From: Planctomycetota bacterium
GTDB taxonomy: Bacteria > Planctomycetota > MHYJ01 > WSZJ01
Assembly (NCBI GenBank): GCA_009773755.1
Contig: WSZJ01000001.1
Location: forward strand, 17,158-81,157
Direction: 5' to 3'
DNA: 64,000 nt
Shown here: one piece after another, positions 39,519 to 50,100 of the stretch
How the letters are laid out: each line of letters starts with the position of its first letter
Position numbering within the stretch: position 1 is the stretch's first letter
Made by a program: the position numbers and the translations under genes
The notes under the pieces: model-generated
Databases searched by the model: none
What the model was told of the DNA's origin: nothing
Seen by the model: only the letters and a program-made list of their open reading frames with translations

Positions 39519-41672
39519 TTACTTGCGGTCGTCAGGATCCATGGGTTTCTCGTCGCCGCCCTCGCCCGGCTTCAGCCCCTCATCTCCGGGCTTCTCCTCG
39601 CCTTCCCCGGGCTTCTTTTCCCCGTCCTTCGGCGGCTCGTCCGAAAGCGCGACAATTTCGTGTGGCGAAACGGAAATGAGCAGCTTGCCGGCCAGCATGA
39701 GCGTCCCTGGAGCGCCGGCCGTCGGCCAGGCCACTTCGCGCCTTGTCTTGAATTCCCGATCGTAAACGAAAAGCCGCGGCGTCGCCCCTCGGACCGGCAC
39801 CAGGATCGAGTCCTTCGTCACCAGCCCGCGGCCGCAGTAACGGAGCGAACTCGGAATGTCCGCCGAAGCGCCCCGCAGGATCCCCGTCTTCCCCGGCATC
39901 GCGCGCAGGTCGTACAGCTTGCACGACTTCCCGATAAACGTCCCTTCGTCTCCCGCGATGGCGACGAGATGCCGGCAATCCTCGCGCTTCACGACCTTCA
40001 TCGCCTGCTGCCAATTCTGAATACGCCTTGTCGCGTCCGCGGGAGCGAGGTACCCGCGCCCGGTGATGGCGTCCAGCCGGCAGCAGTGCGTGCCGTCCGA
40101 CGGCAGGAAGATGAGTTCGCGCCCGGCCGCGAAAATCGGGCTCAGGTCCCACGTGTCCTCGACCGTGTTCTCCATCCAGCCCCACGGGTTGGCGCCCACC
40201 GGCTTGGGGTACTTCGTCGCCCACACGATGCTCCCCGTGTGGCCGACGCACGCCAGCGCGCCGTTGTTCGTGCAGACGTAGACGTAGCTCCCGCTCGCCG
40301 CGACGACCGGCGCAAAGACCGGCGGCGGCACCACGCCTCGCCACGGGTTTCCCTGAGCCTGGTACGCGGAAATGAACGTCTTCCACTCCAGCATCCCCGT
40401 CCGCCGGTCGAACGAAAAGAGCCACACCTCGCCTCGCTTCGCGTCCTCCCGCGGCACCCCGCCGACATAAATGTGGTCGCGCCACGGAAGCGGCGGCCCG
40501 GAAAGGTCGAAGTCGGGAACCGCGCCGGCGTCGGGGTTGGACCAGATCGCGCGGCTGTTGTCGACACGCACGGCCTTGAGCTGGCTCCACTTCCCGGTCG
40601 TCGTGAGGTTCGCGTAGAGCACGCCGTCCGAAATCACGGCGTACCAGCGGTGCGCCCAGAACTCGGGAGTCACGAGCTGGAAAAAATCGGCGGGGAGCTT
40701 GAACGGCTGCCCCACCACGGCGTCGCCGCGCGGGCCGCCCACCTGCCACCGAAAGGCGCCGGTCTCGCTGTCGAGCGCGATCAGGCTGCGACCGAGATTG
40801 ACGAAGAGCTTCCCGTCCGCGCTCGAAGGGTAGGTCTGGAGCGAGCCTCCCATTCCGCCTCGCGCGATCCAGACGTTGGGATTTCGTCGATCCTCAACGG
40901 GCTTGCCCAGCTCGAGGCGCCACTTGACGCTGCGCGGCTCCGGCGCCGAATCGGGAATCGGCGCAAACGTCAGGTCGGGAAGGATCGCGGCTGTGCGCGG
41001 AAGCGGCGCCGGCACGGCCATCGCGTCTTTCAGCGCCGCGGCGATCGTGGTCTCGACCCCCTTCAGCTTGACCTTGAGCCCTCCGTGTTTCTCGAGGAGC
41101 GCCCTGGCCTTGTCGGCGAACCCGAGCCTCACGTAGATCAACCCCAGGCGCGCCAGCGTCGCGGGCAGTACTTTCTTTGCGGGGTGCCTCTCCGCGACTT
41201 CCTCCCAGCACCTCATCGCCAGCTCGATCGCGCCGGCGTCCGCGTGCATCGCCCCCAGCCGCTCCATCGCCGCGCCGCCCGAATCCGTGCAGAAGAACTG
41301 CTCCGCCGCAACGCGCAGCCCCTCCACCGTCCCGAGCGCTGCTTTCTGCGCCGCCTGCGTTTCGTACCGGTCGCGGTAGGTTGCGATCGCCTCGGCGGGA
41401 AGCGCCGCGATCCGGCGCGAGCAGGCGACCGTCGCGGGAAGCCAGATGCCGTCGCCGGCAGGAAGGACGGCTCCGGGGAATTCGCCGAGCACTTTCTGCC
41501 ACGCGTCGAGCGCGCCCTCCGCGTCCCCCTTCTTCAGCGCAGCGTCCCCCTTTTCCACCAGCGCAGTGACATCGGCTTCTTCGTCGAAAAAGACGGACTC
41601 GGAAGCGGCTTCCGCGGCGGCGAGCGCCGGGGCGAGGAGGAGAAAGAAGATCGCTCGAAGGGTGTGTGTCAT
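39519..41672 (-). CDS. PQQ-like beta-propeller repeat protein with an N-terminal TPR-like helical region and an acidic/Lys-rich C-terminal tail
   Basis: The internal ATG at 41672 (MTHTLRAIFFLLLAPALAAAEA signal) overlaps the cutA stop as ATGA. Repeated W/Y-containing propeller blades are present (WRWQV, GVLYANL, GSYVYVCTNNGALACV). The C-terminal tail reads EKKPGEGEEKPGDEGLKPGEGGDEKPMDPDD. Confidence 0.7.
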   Translation of the reverse strand: MTHTLRAIFFLLLAPALAAAEAASESVFFDEEADVTALVEKGDAALKKGDAEGALDAWQKVLGEFPGAVLPAGDGIWLPATVACSRRIAALPAEAIATYRDRYETQAAQKAALGTVEGLRVAAEQFFCTDSGGAAMERLGAMHADAGAIELAMRCWEEVAERHPAKKVLPATLARLGLIYVRLGFADKARALLEKHGGLKVKLKGVETTIAAALKDAMAVPAPLPRTAAILPDLTFAPIPDSAPEPRSVKWRLELGKPVEDRRNPNVWIARGGMGGSLQTYPSSADGKLFVNLGRSLIALDSETGAFRWQVGGPRGDAVVGQPFKLPADFFQLVTPEFWAHRWYAVISDGVLYANLTTTGKWSQLKAVRVDNSRAIWSNPDAGAVPDFDLSGPPLPWRDHIYVGGVPREDAKRGEVWLFSFDRRTGMLEWKTFISAYQAQGNPWRGVVPPPVFAPVVAASGSYVYVCTNNGALACVGHTGSIVWATKYPKPVGANPWGWMENTVEDTWDLSPIFAAGRELIFLPSDGTHCCRLDAITGRGYLAPADATRRIQNWQQAMKVVKREDCRHLVAIAGDEGTFIGKSCKLYDLRAMPGKTGILRGASADIPSSLRYCGRGLVTKDSILVPVRGATPRLFVYDREFKTRREVAWPTAGAPGTLMLAGKLLISVSPHEIVALSDEPPKDGEKKPGEGEEKPGDEGLKPGEGGDEKPMDPDDRK

Positions 41673-41992
41673 GCGTGGAGGACCGAATCGTCCACCCAGG
41701 AAAGATACGGACGGGAGCCCTCCGTGAGAGGGAGACTCACGATTTCGGGGACTTGATAGGGATGAAGGGCGCGGACGCGGGCTTCGAGCGACGGAAAGAG
41801 CGAGGAGCGCGTCTTGGCCACGAGGAGAACTTCGCGCGACTCCTCCACCTTCCCTTCCCACCGGTAGATGCTCTTCATCTCCGGCAGCACGTTTACGCAG
41901 GCGGCCAGCTGCTCTTCCACGAGGGCGCGCGCGATCCGCTCAGCGCAGGCCGCGTCGGGGGCGGTCATGAGAACCACCGCGTGCTCGGACAT
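41669..41992 (-). CDS. cutA: Divalent-cation tolerance protein CutA
   Basis: A 107-aa protein matching the CutA1 pattern (VVLMTAPDAACAERIARALVEEQLAACVNVLPEMKSIYRWEGKVEESREVLLVAKT). Confidence 0.85.
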   Translation of the reverse strand: MSEHAVVLMTAPDAACAERIARALVEEQLAACVNVLPEMKSIYRWEGKVEESREVLLVAKTRSSLFPSLEARVRALHPYQVPEIVSLPLTEGSRPYLSWVDDSVLHA

Positions 41993-42061
41993 TTTTCCTC
42001 GCCGAAAAAAACCGCCCGGACCTCGCGGGACCGGGCGGTTTCCATGTTGCCCCGGAACGCC

Positions 42062-43324
42062 TTACAACGCCGCGACTCCCGCCTCGTCGAACGTCACCAC
42101 CAGCCCGTCGTCCTTCAGGTGCGCGCTTCCGCTGACCGCAGGCGTCAGGCCCTTGGCGGCCAGCAGCTCCGCTTCGAGGCTGTCGATCGTCATGCTCATG
42201 TAGAACAGCTTCTTCTCGAGGAACGCGCGCTCGTCCTGCAGTTTCTTCAGGTCCTGGTTGATCGCCGTCATCGCGTCGATGATGATCTTCTTCTCTTCAG
42301 GCTTGAGGTGCTTGAGGCGGCCGCTTTCGACTTCACGGATCAGGTCGTCCGCGCGCTGGCCGATGCGCGCCATCATCTGGTGCACCTCGGCGTACTGCGA
42401 GCCCTGCTCGTCGACCTTTTCCTCGAGCTTCCTCTTGAAGTCCTGCAGCTCTCCCAGCTCCTTTTCGGCGGCGGACTGCTTCGCCTGCGTCTGCGCGAGG
42501 GTCTGCCTCGCCTGCGAGAGCTCGCGCTCGACGGTGGACTTGTTCCCCGAGGTCGCGGCCAGCTCCTGCTGCGCCTGCGCCAGCTGACGCTTCAGTTCGG
42601 CCTTCTCGATCTTTTCCTTCTCCATCCCCTGCACCGCGGCCTGCGCGATCTGCGCGAGGCGCTCCATCTTTTCCTCGGGCGTCCGCGGCTCCGGACCGAA
42701 ATTCAGGCCCATCTCGCGCGCCTTCTGGCCCAGGGTGGCGTCGATCTTGCTGTACGCGGCGTCCACCGAGCGCGCCACGCCCTGCCCGGTCTCCATCGCG
42801 GCTGCCTTCTCCTGCTCCATCGCCGCGTACTTCAGCTTCATCTGCTCCAGCGCGTCTTCCGCTTTCCGCTGCGACACGCCGCCGTCGATGCGCGCCTTTT
42901 CCGACGCCTGCAGCTTCTGCACCAGCTGCGCGATCTGACCCGAGATCCCCGCGAGCCCCATCTTCGCCGCGTCGCCGCCGCCGCCGGCCAGCAGCCGCGC
43001 CACCTCGTCGATCTCCGCCTGCATCTTCGCGGCCTGACTCTCGATCTCGCCTTTGCCCTTCTGCGTGTCCTGATACCGCTTCAGCAGCTCGTCGAATTCT
43101 TTCTTCGCCAGCGCCTGCAGCTTCTCCTTCTCGCCCGCCAGCTTCGACCCCGACATCGAGTCGACCGCCATGTCCACCGCATCCTTGATCAGCTCCATGA
43201 TCTTGGCGGCGTTGATGACTTTGAACGAACTCTGCCCCTTCGCCTTCAGCTCTTCCAGCGTCGTGACGCGCGTTCCCTTTTCGATCGCGCGCGCGATGTT
43301 TTCAAGATGGGTATTGTCGGCCAT
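42062..43324 (-). CDS. Coiled-coil hypothetical protein (420 aa)
   Basis: It has long heptad-like, Ala/Gln/Glu/Lys-rich segments. It has no signal peptide or catalytic motif. Confidence 0.55.
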   Translation of the reverse strand: MADNTHLENIARAIEKGTRVTTLEELKAKGQSSFKVINAAKIMELIKDAVDMAVDSMSGSKLAGEKEKLQALAKKEFDELLKRYQDTQKGKGEIESQAAKMQAEIDEVARLLAGGGGDAAKMGLAGISGQIAQLVQKLQASEKARIDGGVSQRKAEDALEQMKLKYAAMEQEKAAAMETGQGVARSVDAAYSKIDATLGQKAREMGLNFGPEPRTPEEKMERLAQIAQAAVQGMEKEKIEKAELKRQLAQAQQELAATSGNKSTVERELSQARQTLAQTQAKQSAAEKELGELQDFKRKLEEKVDEQGSQYAEVHQMMARIGQRADDLIREVESGRLKHLKPEEKKIIIDAMTAINQDLKKLQDERAFLEKKLFYMSMTIDSLEAELLAAKGLTPAVSGSAHLKDDGLVVTFDEAGVAAL

Positions 43325-43483
43325 GAGACCTCCTGAAGTGGGGGGGCCAGCCTATCACAGGGCCTGCGGCGATTGGAGAGTTCTTTGCCGTTTCCCTCGC
43401 CCTTGCCCTCGCCCTTGCCATGTCACCAAAAGGAACGGAACTCCCATCCTGCAAAGCACTTCGCGCAAAGCCGGAAGGACAAC

Positions 43484-43571
43484 TCCAACCCCAACTCCAA
43501 CTCCAACCCCAAAAGGTACTACTGCCCCTGACCGGGTCATGGTTTGAATTGGAGTTGGAGTTGGGGTTGGA
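43484..43571. repeat. Large stem-loop: perfect 23-bp inverted repeat built from (CAACYC)n hexamer repeats, with a 42-nt loop
   Basis: The left arm tccaaccccaactccaactccaa (43484-43506) is the reverse complement of the right arm ttggagttggagttggggttgga (43549-43571). A ccctcgcccttgcc direct repeat lies at about 43395-43420. It sits in a divergent intergenic region about 80 nt upstream of the asparaginase gene. Confidence 0.5.
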
Positions 43572-43653
43572 ATTCTCCGTGCCGTTCCCGCGCGCCCCAC
43601 CCTTCCGCTCGATGACACCGCACTCTCCAGCAGTTACCCTCCCCCGTCGCACC

Positions 43654-44595
43654 ATGCCCACTCCCCGGAAAACCCTTCTAGTTCACGGCGGCTGCGGCCG
43701 GCGGCCTTCCACCATCCCGGAAGGCCGCGACGAGGCCCTCGCGCGCGCCGTCGCCGAAGGCCTGCGCGGCAAGTCCGCGATCGACATGGTCGAGCGCGCG
43801 GCGCGCTTCCTCGAAGACAACCCGCTCTTCAATGCCGGCACCGGCAGCGTCCTGACGCTCGAAGGCCATGTCGAGATGGACGCCGCCGTGATGACGAGCG
43901 ACCTCCACGCCGGCGCCGTCGGCGGCATCACGGGCGTCCGCCATCCGATTTCCGTCGCGCGCGCCGTCATGGAAAAGACCGACCACCACCTCCTCGTCGG
44001 CGAAGGCGCGACGAAATTCGCCCGCCACGCCGGCTTTCCGCTCTACGACCCGCGCACTGCGACCAGGAAGAAGCGCTGGAAGGAGCTGATCGCAAAGCTG
44101 CGTGCCGGCGGCGAAGCGGCGGAGGACCGGTACTGGAAGCGGACGAGGTCCTGGCTCGAGCGATACCTGTCGCCCGACGAGCGCGGGCACCGCTCCACGA
44201 TCGGCGCGGTCGCGTGCGACGCGAAGGGCCGCCTGGCGGTCGCGACGTCGACGGGCGGCATCTGGCTCAAGCTCCCGGGGCGCGTCGGCGACTCGCCGGT
44301 CCTGGGCGGCGGCACCTACGCGTGCGAACAAGGCGCGGTTTCGGCGACAGGCTTCGGCGAAGGCATCCTCCGCCTGGGCCTCGCGAAATACGCCTGCGAC
44401 CTGATGCGCACCCTCCCCTGCCAGAAAGCCCTCGACCGCGCGACCGCCTTCGCGCGCCGCGAAGGCGTCGAAGCCGGCCTGATCGGCGTCGACAAAGGAG
44501 GCCGTCCCGGCTCTTCAAAAAACGCCCCCTGGATGCCCACGGCGCGTTCGGTGGAAGGGGGCCCGGGGCGCGCCCCGGGCCTGCCGCTTCGATGA
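43654..44595 (+). CDS. Isoaspartyl peptidase / L-asparaginase (Ntn-hydrolase, plant-type asparaginase family)
   Basis: The internal start is MPTPRKTLLVHGGCG. Motifs include LFNAGTGSVLT, a nucleophile Thr region HRSTIGAVACD and GGIWLKLPGRVGDSPVLGGGTYA. Confidence 0.8.
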   Translation: MPTPRKTLLVHGGCGRRPSTIPEGRDEALARAVAEGLRGKSAIDMVERAARFLEDNPLFNAGTGSVLTLEGHVEMDAAVMTSDLHAGAVGGITGVRHPISVARAVMEKTDHHLLVGEGATKFARHAGFPLYDPRTATRKKRWKELIAKLRAGGEAAEDRYWKRTRSWLERYLSPDERGHRSTIGAVACDAKGRLAVATSTGGIWLKLPGRVGDSPVLGGGTYACEQGAVSATGFGEGILRLGLAKYACDLMRTLPCQKALDRATAFARREGVEAGLIGVDKGGRPGSSKNAPWMPTARSVEGGPGRAPGLPLR

Positions 44596-45510
44596 CGCGA
44601 ATGACCAAATCAATCATCGTCCACGGCGGCGCCGGCCGCGGCCCCACCGGCCCGACCGGCGAACGCCAGTCCGTCCTTGACCGAGCCGCTTCCGCCGGCA
44701 TGCGCGGCCGCTCCGCCGTCGACATGGTGGAACTCGCTGTCAACGTTCTCGAGGACCACCCGATCTTCGACGCCGCCACCGGCGCCGTCCTCACCATGGA
44801 AGGTGATTGCGAACTCGACGCCTGCCTCATGACCGACGACGGCCGCATCGGCGCCGTCGCGGGTCTCCGCCGCACCCAGTACCCCATCGCCGTCGCCCGC
44901 GCCGTCATGGAAAAAACCGACCACCATCTCCGTCATGGAAAAAACCGACCACCATCTGCTCGTCGGCCACGGCGCCACTCGCTTCGCCCGCCTCATGGGC
45001 CACCCCGACCACGACCCCCGCACCCCCGAACGCGTCACTGTCTGGAACCAGCTCAAGCAAGAACTTCGCTGCGGCAAAACCGGCCCCGATTTCCGCTTCT
45101 GGAAGCGGATCTCCAAGTGGCAGAAAGCCTACGGCCTGTTCGACACCGTTGGCGCCTGCGCGATTGATTCGAGGGGGCGGTTTGCGGTGGCCACGAGCAC
45201 TGGCGGCATCTGGATGAAGCTCCCCGGGCGCGTCGGCGATTCGCCGATCCCGGGCGCAGGAACGTGCGCGAACAGATACGGCGCGATCTCGATGACCGGT
45301 CACGGAGAAGGCGTGATGCGGTTGTGCCTCGGGAGGCACGCGGTGGACCTGATGAAGCGATTGCCCTGTCAGGCTGCGCTAGACGCGACCGCGAAATACG
45401 CGCTCAAGCATGGCGTCGAGTGCGGGATCATCGGCGTCGATGCCAAGGGGCGGCTGGGCGGAGCGCACAGCGCGAAGTGGATGCAGCTGGGAATGGCTGC
45501 CGGCAGGTGA
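44592..45510 (+). pseudogene. Second Ntn-asparaginase paralog disrupted by a 28-bp tandem duplication (frameshift)
   Basis: MTRMTKSIIVHGGAGRG...ARAVMEKTDHHL then changes frame. The intact continuation MEKTDHHLLVGHGATRFARLMGH...GGIWMKLPGRVGDSPIPGAGTCA is in the +1 frame (track ORF 44935-45510). Deleting one copy of the duplicated 28 nt restores a single ORF. Confidence 0.7.
44903..44957 (+). repeat. Perfect 27/28-bp tandem duplication cgtcatggaaaaaaccgaccaccatct(c)
   Basis: Copy 1 is 44903-44929 and copy 2 is 44931-44957. They are identical over 27 nt, and the period of 28 is not a multiple of 3. Confidence 0.85.
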
Positions 45511-45590
45511 GCTGACGTGGTGCGTGCGAGGCGAGGAATTTCGTCCGTCGACGTCTTGACGATGCCCTTCTCAATCTCTACTTTCCGCCG

Positions 45591-45881
45591 ATGCCACGTC
45601 AAACCCTCGTTCTGATCCGCCGACTTGTTCTCGAGGGCAGCTATGAATTCACCGAACATGCTTGGGCTGAGGCCGCAAACGATGAACTGGACAGGATCGA
45701 CATCGAGTCGGCGATCCTGACGGGAGACATCGTCGAAGTCCAGAAGGGCGATTCGCGGGGACCGAAGTACCTGATTCGGGGATTGGCGACGGACTTGGTG
45801 CGGCAGGTAGGGGTCGTCCTGCGAGTTCGCGTGAAAAAGACCTGTGTTATTATCACCGTGTATGAAGTCGCGAAAGCCTGA
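45591..45881 (+). CDS. DUF4258-like small protein (putative toxin partner of a TA-like pair)
   Basis: A 96-aa protein with a TEHAWAEA...IDIESAI segment. This pattern is typical of DUF4258 proteins that pair with YgiT-type zinc-finger proteins. Confidence 0.55.
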   Translation: MPRQTLVLIRRLVLEGSYEFTEHAWAEAANDELDRIDIESAILTGDIVEVQKGDSRGPKYLIRGLATDLVRQVGVVLRVRVKKTCVIITVYEVAKA

Positions 45882-46131
45882 CGGAATGTACAACCATCCC
45901 TGCGAGTATTGCAGCGGCGGTCGCGTCGAGTGCGTCGTGATGCCACGCGAGCTGATCCGGGTGGGCAAGACAGGGTTCGTCGCACTCGAGCAGGCCCCTA
46001 TCGGCGTCTGCACCCGATGCAAGGCGAAGTACTACCACGCTTCCGTGATTCGGCAGGCCGAGTCGCTCTTGCATCGCCGCCGCGGGCGCGTCGTGAAAGT
46101 CCCTGTCGGTAGATTTGTCGAAGCCGGATAA
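45862..46131 (+). CDS. YgiT-type (MqsA-like) zinc-finger protein, putative antitoxin/partner
   Basis: Two Cys pairs: CEYCSGG and CTRCKAKYY. It overlaps the upstream gene. Confidence 0.55.
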   Translation: MKSRKPDGMYNHPCEYCSGGRVECVVMPRELIRVGKTGFVALEQAPIGVCTRCKAKYYHASVIRQAESLLHRRRGRVVKVPVGRFVEAG

Positions 46132-46176
46132 GCGAGTCTGGATCTGTCCAGCCGTGCAGGTGGGTTGCGCGGCCCC

Positions 46177-47109
46177 TTAATCCAACAGATCCTGCCAGAC
46201 GCGCTTTGGGCAGGGGGTGCGCGGAATCACGAACTCTGTTACGTCGAACGGCGGCACGTGTTCTTTGATCTGGTTTCTCGTCATCTGGCTGGCAACCCAC
46301 GCCGGATTCCATTGCCATCCGAGTAGCCCGGATGATTTCAACTTCTCGTGCAGCTCGGTTGTCATCACGAGGTGAGGGCTCGGCGGCATCGTTGCATCTC
46401 CAAACGCGACGTCCGAACGTGAGAGCGGACGACGCGGAAGTCTCTGGAGCAGCGTCTCGCCCCTCGGATAAATGACGGATTCTCCGCACATCTGGCATCG
46501 CCGCTTTCGGCGCACTCGCATCGGGGGAATGGCAAGGCGCACCACGGGCGTCACTTGCATCGAGTAGTAGGGTCCAACCCGTCCCGCACCTGCGTCCTTT
46601 ACCCGAACGAAAACGCAGCAACCTGGCGCATACCTCTCCAGGAATCGCTTTGCGCGTTCGGAAACGATGTCCTCCCAATCCATGTAAGTCGTGACGAAGT
46701 CCTTTCCTCGGGCACGGCTCAAATCCAGCGAAAGCGGGTGCACTTGCTTCCGACTGGTGTATCCGCAGGACGCACAGCGCTGGCGGCGATAAAAGTCTCC
46801 CTTCGTTGAAGAGCCATCTATCCCGACACCGGCGACCCCGAACACGCACGCAGGTATTTGCTTCGCCTCCTCCTTCGAATAGGTGCGCCTGATCCGCGTA
46901 TCGCACCAGAAGCCTTTAGGCAGCTTGGCGATGACTTCCGCTCGAAATTTGAGGAGTTCAGGATCGCCGGATTCGAAAGTGATGAAGTGACTTGCAAGGT
47001 TGTACTTCGTATGAGCACGACGATTCCACCGCGTCAGCAGTGGAGTCACTTCTTCATACTCCACCGTGTAGACCTTGTAGCTGACGCACAGGATGAAAGT
47101 GTCTCTCAT
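46177..47109 (-). CDS. Hypothetical protein with two CxxC pairs; lower GC than its neighbours
   Basis: A 310-aa ORF with CASCGY and CQMCGE pairs. Its composition by eye is about 55-57% GC against about 68% nearby. It is adjacent to the TA-like pair. Confidence 0.5.
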   Translation of the reverse strand: MRDTFILCVSYKVYTVEYEEVTPLLTRWNRRAHTKYNLASHFITFESGDPELLKFRAEVIAKLPKGFWCDTRIRRTYSKEEAKQIPACVFGVAGVGIDGSSTKGDFYRRQRCASCGYTSRKQVHPLSLDLSRARGKDFVTTYMDWEDIVSERAKRFLERYAPGCCVFVRVKDAGAGRVGPYYSMQVTPVVRLAIPPMRVRRKRRCQMCGESVIYPRGETLLQRLPRRPLSRSDVAFGDATMPPSPHLVMTTELHEKLKSSGLLGWQWNPAWVASQMTRNQIKEHVPPFDVTEFVIPRTPCPKRVWQDLLD

Positions 47110-47121
47110 CCCCGCACTCGC

Positions 47122-50100
47122 TTACTTCCCCTTCACCCTCAACACCACCTGCCTCTTCTCCGCATCGTCGATCGCCTTGCACAGATCGCCGAACGCGCCC
47201 CACCGCGACGGATCGATGTCCATCTGGTTGAACTCGGCCCTGCGCTCGACGCTGAGAGTCCGGCCGTCCAGCCGGTACGTCAGGTTATACGTCCCGAACT
47301 CGGTCGCGAGCGCGACGCTGTCGGGGACCTTGATCTCGGCGTAGTCGGGGAGCTCGATGGTCATCCAGCCGCAGGTCGTGACCTGCTGGGCCCAGTAGGC
47401 GCGCATCGGGAGCTTGCGGTCGCTTTCGCGGACGAGCTGCTGGGAGAGGTTGAGGGGCGGGGCGATGCCGCGGAAGGTGATCCTGTCGGAGTCGGGCTTG
47501 CGCTGGGCGAAGCTCTTGCAGGTTCCCTCGAAGGAGATGGCGAGCTCGGGCTGGTCGAGATCGAACTCGTTGACCTCGGTTTTCGCGACGGTGACGCCCT
47601 TGAAGAACATGTTGGCGCGCTGCTGGACGATCGTGCGGAGCTGCGCGGGGTCGACGACCTGCTCGAGCTGGTTGCGGACCATGCCAGCGATCCCCTGCGA
47701 GAAGACGAGCGCGCCTCCGACGTCGGCCATCGCGTTCTCGTCGACCTTTGCGTGGAGGCGGACGGAGATCACCTTTTCCTCGAGCGGCACCGAGGGCATG
47801 TCGCGGAAGTACACGTTGCGCCCCTCGACGACCATCGCGTCGCCGCCGTAGACGTTGTTCGGAAGCGCGCCCCAGCTGTTCCAGCGCGACGGCCAGAGCC
47901 AGACGTCCTTCCTGTCGAGGTGCACCAGGAAGATCGGCGTGCCGTACGGCGGCTGGCCGAGGTCGGGGTCGTACTCCTTCCACATCGGTTTCGGCCCGCG
48001 CGCGAACGCGAGCCCGAAGGGAATCTCGGCGGCGCGGAGGAGCGACATGAAGAGGTCGTCGGCCTGTCCTTCCTTCTCCGCCAGCGTGTGGCTCGGGATG
48101 CGGTTCTGGCCCGCCTTGATCTCGCTCACGACGTACTTGAAGATCGCACGCACTTTCGCCTCGCGGTCCGCGCATCCCTTCGTCAGCTCCGCCGCCTTCG
48201 CAACGACGTCCAGAGTCACCGGCAGCCCCATCGCCTGCGAACGGAAGTTCTCGATCGTCGGCTCCATCGTCGGCTTGCCGGACAGGAACTTCACGGTCGC
48301 GAGCCATTCGTCCTCCGGCGCCATGCTCAGCTCTTCCTCGATCTCCGCAAGGTCGCGGAACTCCCATTCGTGCGTCGTCGTCTCCGCCGTGTCCGTGACC
48401 TTCGCCTCTTCCATTCGCGGCGCCACCAGCCGCACCGGCGCGCCCTTGGGCATCACGACGACATAGCGGCTGAGGAGGACGGGCTCATTGAAGTGCCGGA
48501 ACGGCGCCGGCGTTTCGACGGCGAAGACCGGCTGGTCGACGCCGATCGGACCGCGCGAAGTCGACGTGCGGAACTCCAGCACGGCGCCGCGCTCGAGCTC
48601 CGGCATGCGGATCCCGCCGCGGTCCTGCGCGTCGTCGGCCTCGAGAATGCGGCCGTCGGGGGTGAAGACGCGAAGCTCGCGGATGCGGAAGTGTTCCCAG
48701 TCGCCGCGGCCGAGCGGAAGCTGGCCGTACTGCTCGCCGCCTTCTTTCGAGAGGATCATGATGACGCGGTGCTCGTCTTCTTCCATCCACTTGAAGTCGG
48801 CGCCGATGATGCGCACGAGGCGCTGCTCGAACAGGACCGCCGTGTGCAGCGTCTTCCCGAACTTGTCCGGGGACGGCGCTTCCTTCACGAGCTTCGCCAC
48901 GTCCATGTCCCACGGCTTCGTCCAGTCGTCGCCGTCGCCGGCGAGGAAGGCGAGGTACCGGCGGGAGGCCTCGTCGTAGGCGTTGATGCGCGCGGGGGCC
49001 TTCAGGACGTCGGCCATGAGGGCACGCGCCTTTTCGAGAAGGTTGTGGTCGACGTAGAACTGCAGGAGCCGCTGGAGGGTGGAGCCGTTGCGGGGGTTCA
49101 TCGCAACGGCTTCCCTGATCAGCGCTTCCGCCTCGTCGAGCTTCCCCTGGCGCTCGCGGAGCGCGGCAATCTGCTGGACGACGCCGTCGTTGCGGGGGTA
49201 GCACTTGCGGTACGCCTCGAGCGCGGCCATCTGCTCGTCGACCTTTCCGGCCTGCCCGAGCAGCTCGATCTCCTCCCAGTACGCCACGAACCCGTTGGCC
49301 TTCTTGATCGCGGCGATGACCTCGAACGCGGCGGGGTAGTTCAGCTCGGCGGCGTGCTCGCGCGCCAGGGCCGCGGCGTTGCCGTAGTCGCCGGCGCCGC
49401 ACTCGGCGGCCCTTCGCAGCGCCTTGATCTGCTCGGCGCGCCAGCCGCGGTTCGCCTGGATCTGCGCGAGCGCGGTCCACGCTTCGGGGCAGTTCGGGTT
49501 GGCGGACAGGATCTGCTGGAGAATGTCGACCGCCTTCTCGGTTTCCTTCTCGGCCTTCTCGCGCGAGAGCGAGAGCAGCGAAGGGACGAAGCGCGGGTCC
49601 AGCGCGACCGCGCGCTCCTGGTGCGTGCGCGCGATGTTCGCGCGGCGCGACGGCGGCAGGAATTCGTAATCCGCCACGAACGCGCCGCGGAAGAACTGCA
49701 CGTAGGCGGAGAGCACGCCCTTGTCGAACGCGCGCACGCAGACGTCCTCGGCTTCCTGCGAGAGCCCCGCGACCTGCAGGAGCTGAGTCACGAGCACCGC
49801 TTCGCGAAGCGTGCAGGCCGCAAGATCCTTCGCTTTGGGGACCAGGGTCGAGTAACAATCCCCCGCAAGTTGCCCGCCGCGCGCCTCGCGGCCGTTCGGC
49901 GCCTTGTCCGCTTCCTTGTCGAGAATCGCGCTCTCGACGTCCGTCATCGACCTGCCGTCGGCGTGATGCAGCGTCAGCTCGTGCGCGTACTGGAACCCCG
50001 GCGCCACGTACTTCACCAGCAGCACATTCGCGCCCTTCGACAGCGTCACCCCGTACCACTTTTCGTTCGAGCCCTCGTACCTCACAAGGTCGTTCACGCC

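Noticed and set aside
44214-45167. A 317-aa ORF covering the asparaginase junction.
   Set aside because: It is an out-of-frame read-through across the two asparaginase paralogs. The real genes are 43654-44595 and the frameshifted 44592-45510.
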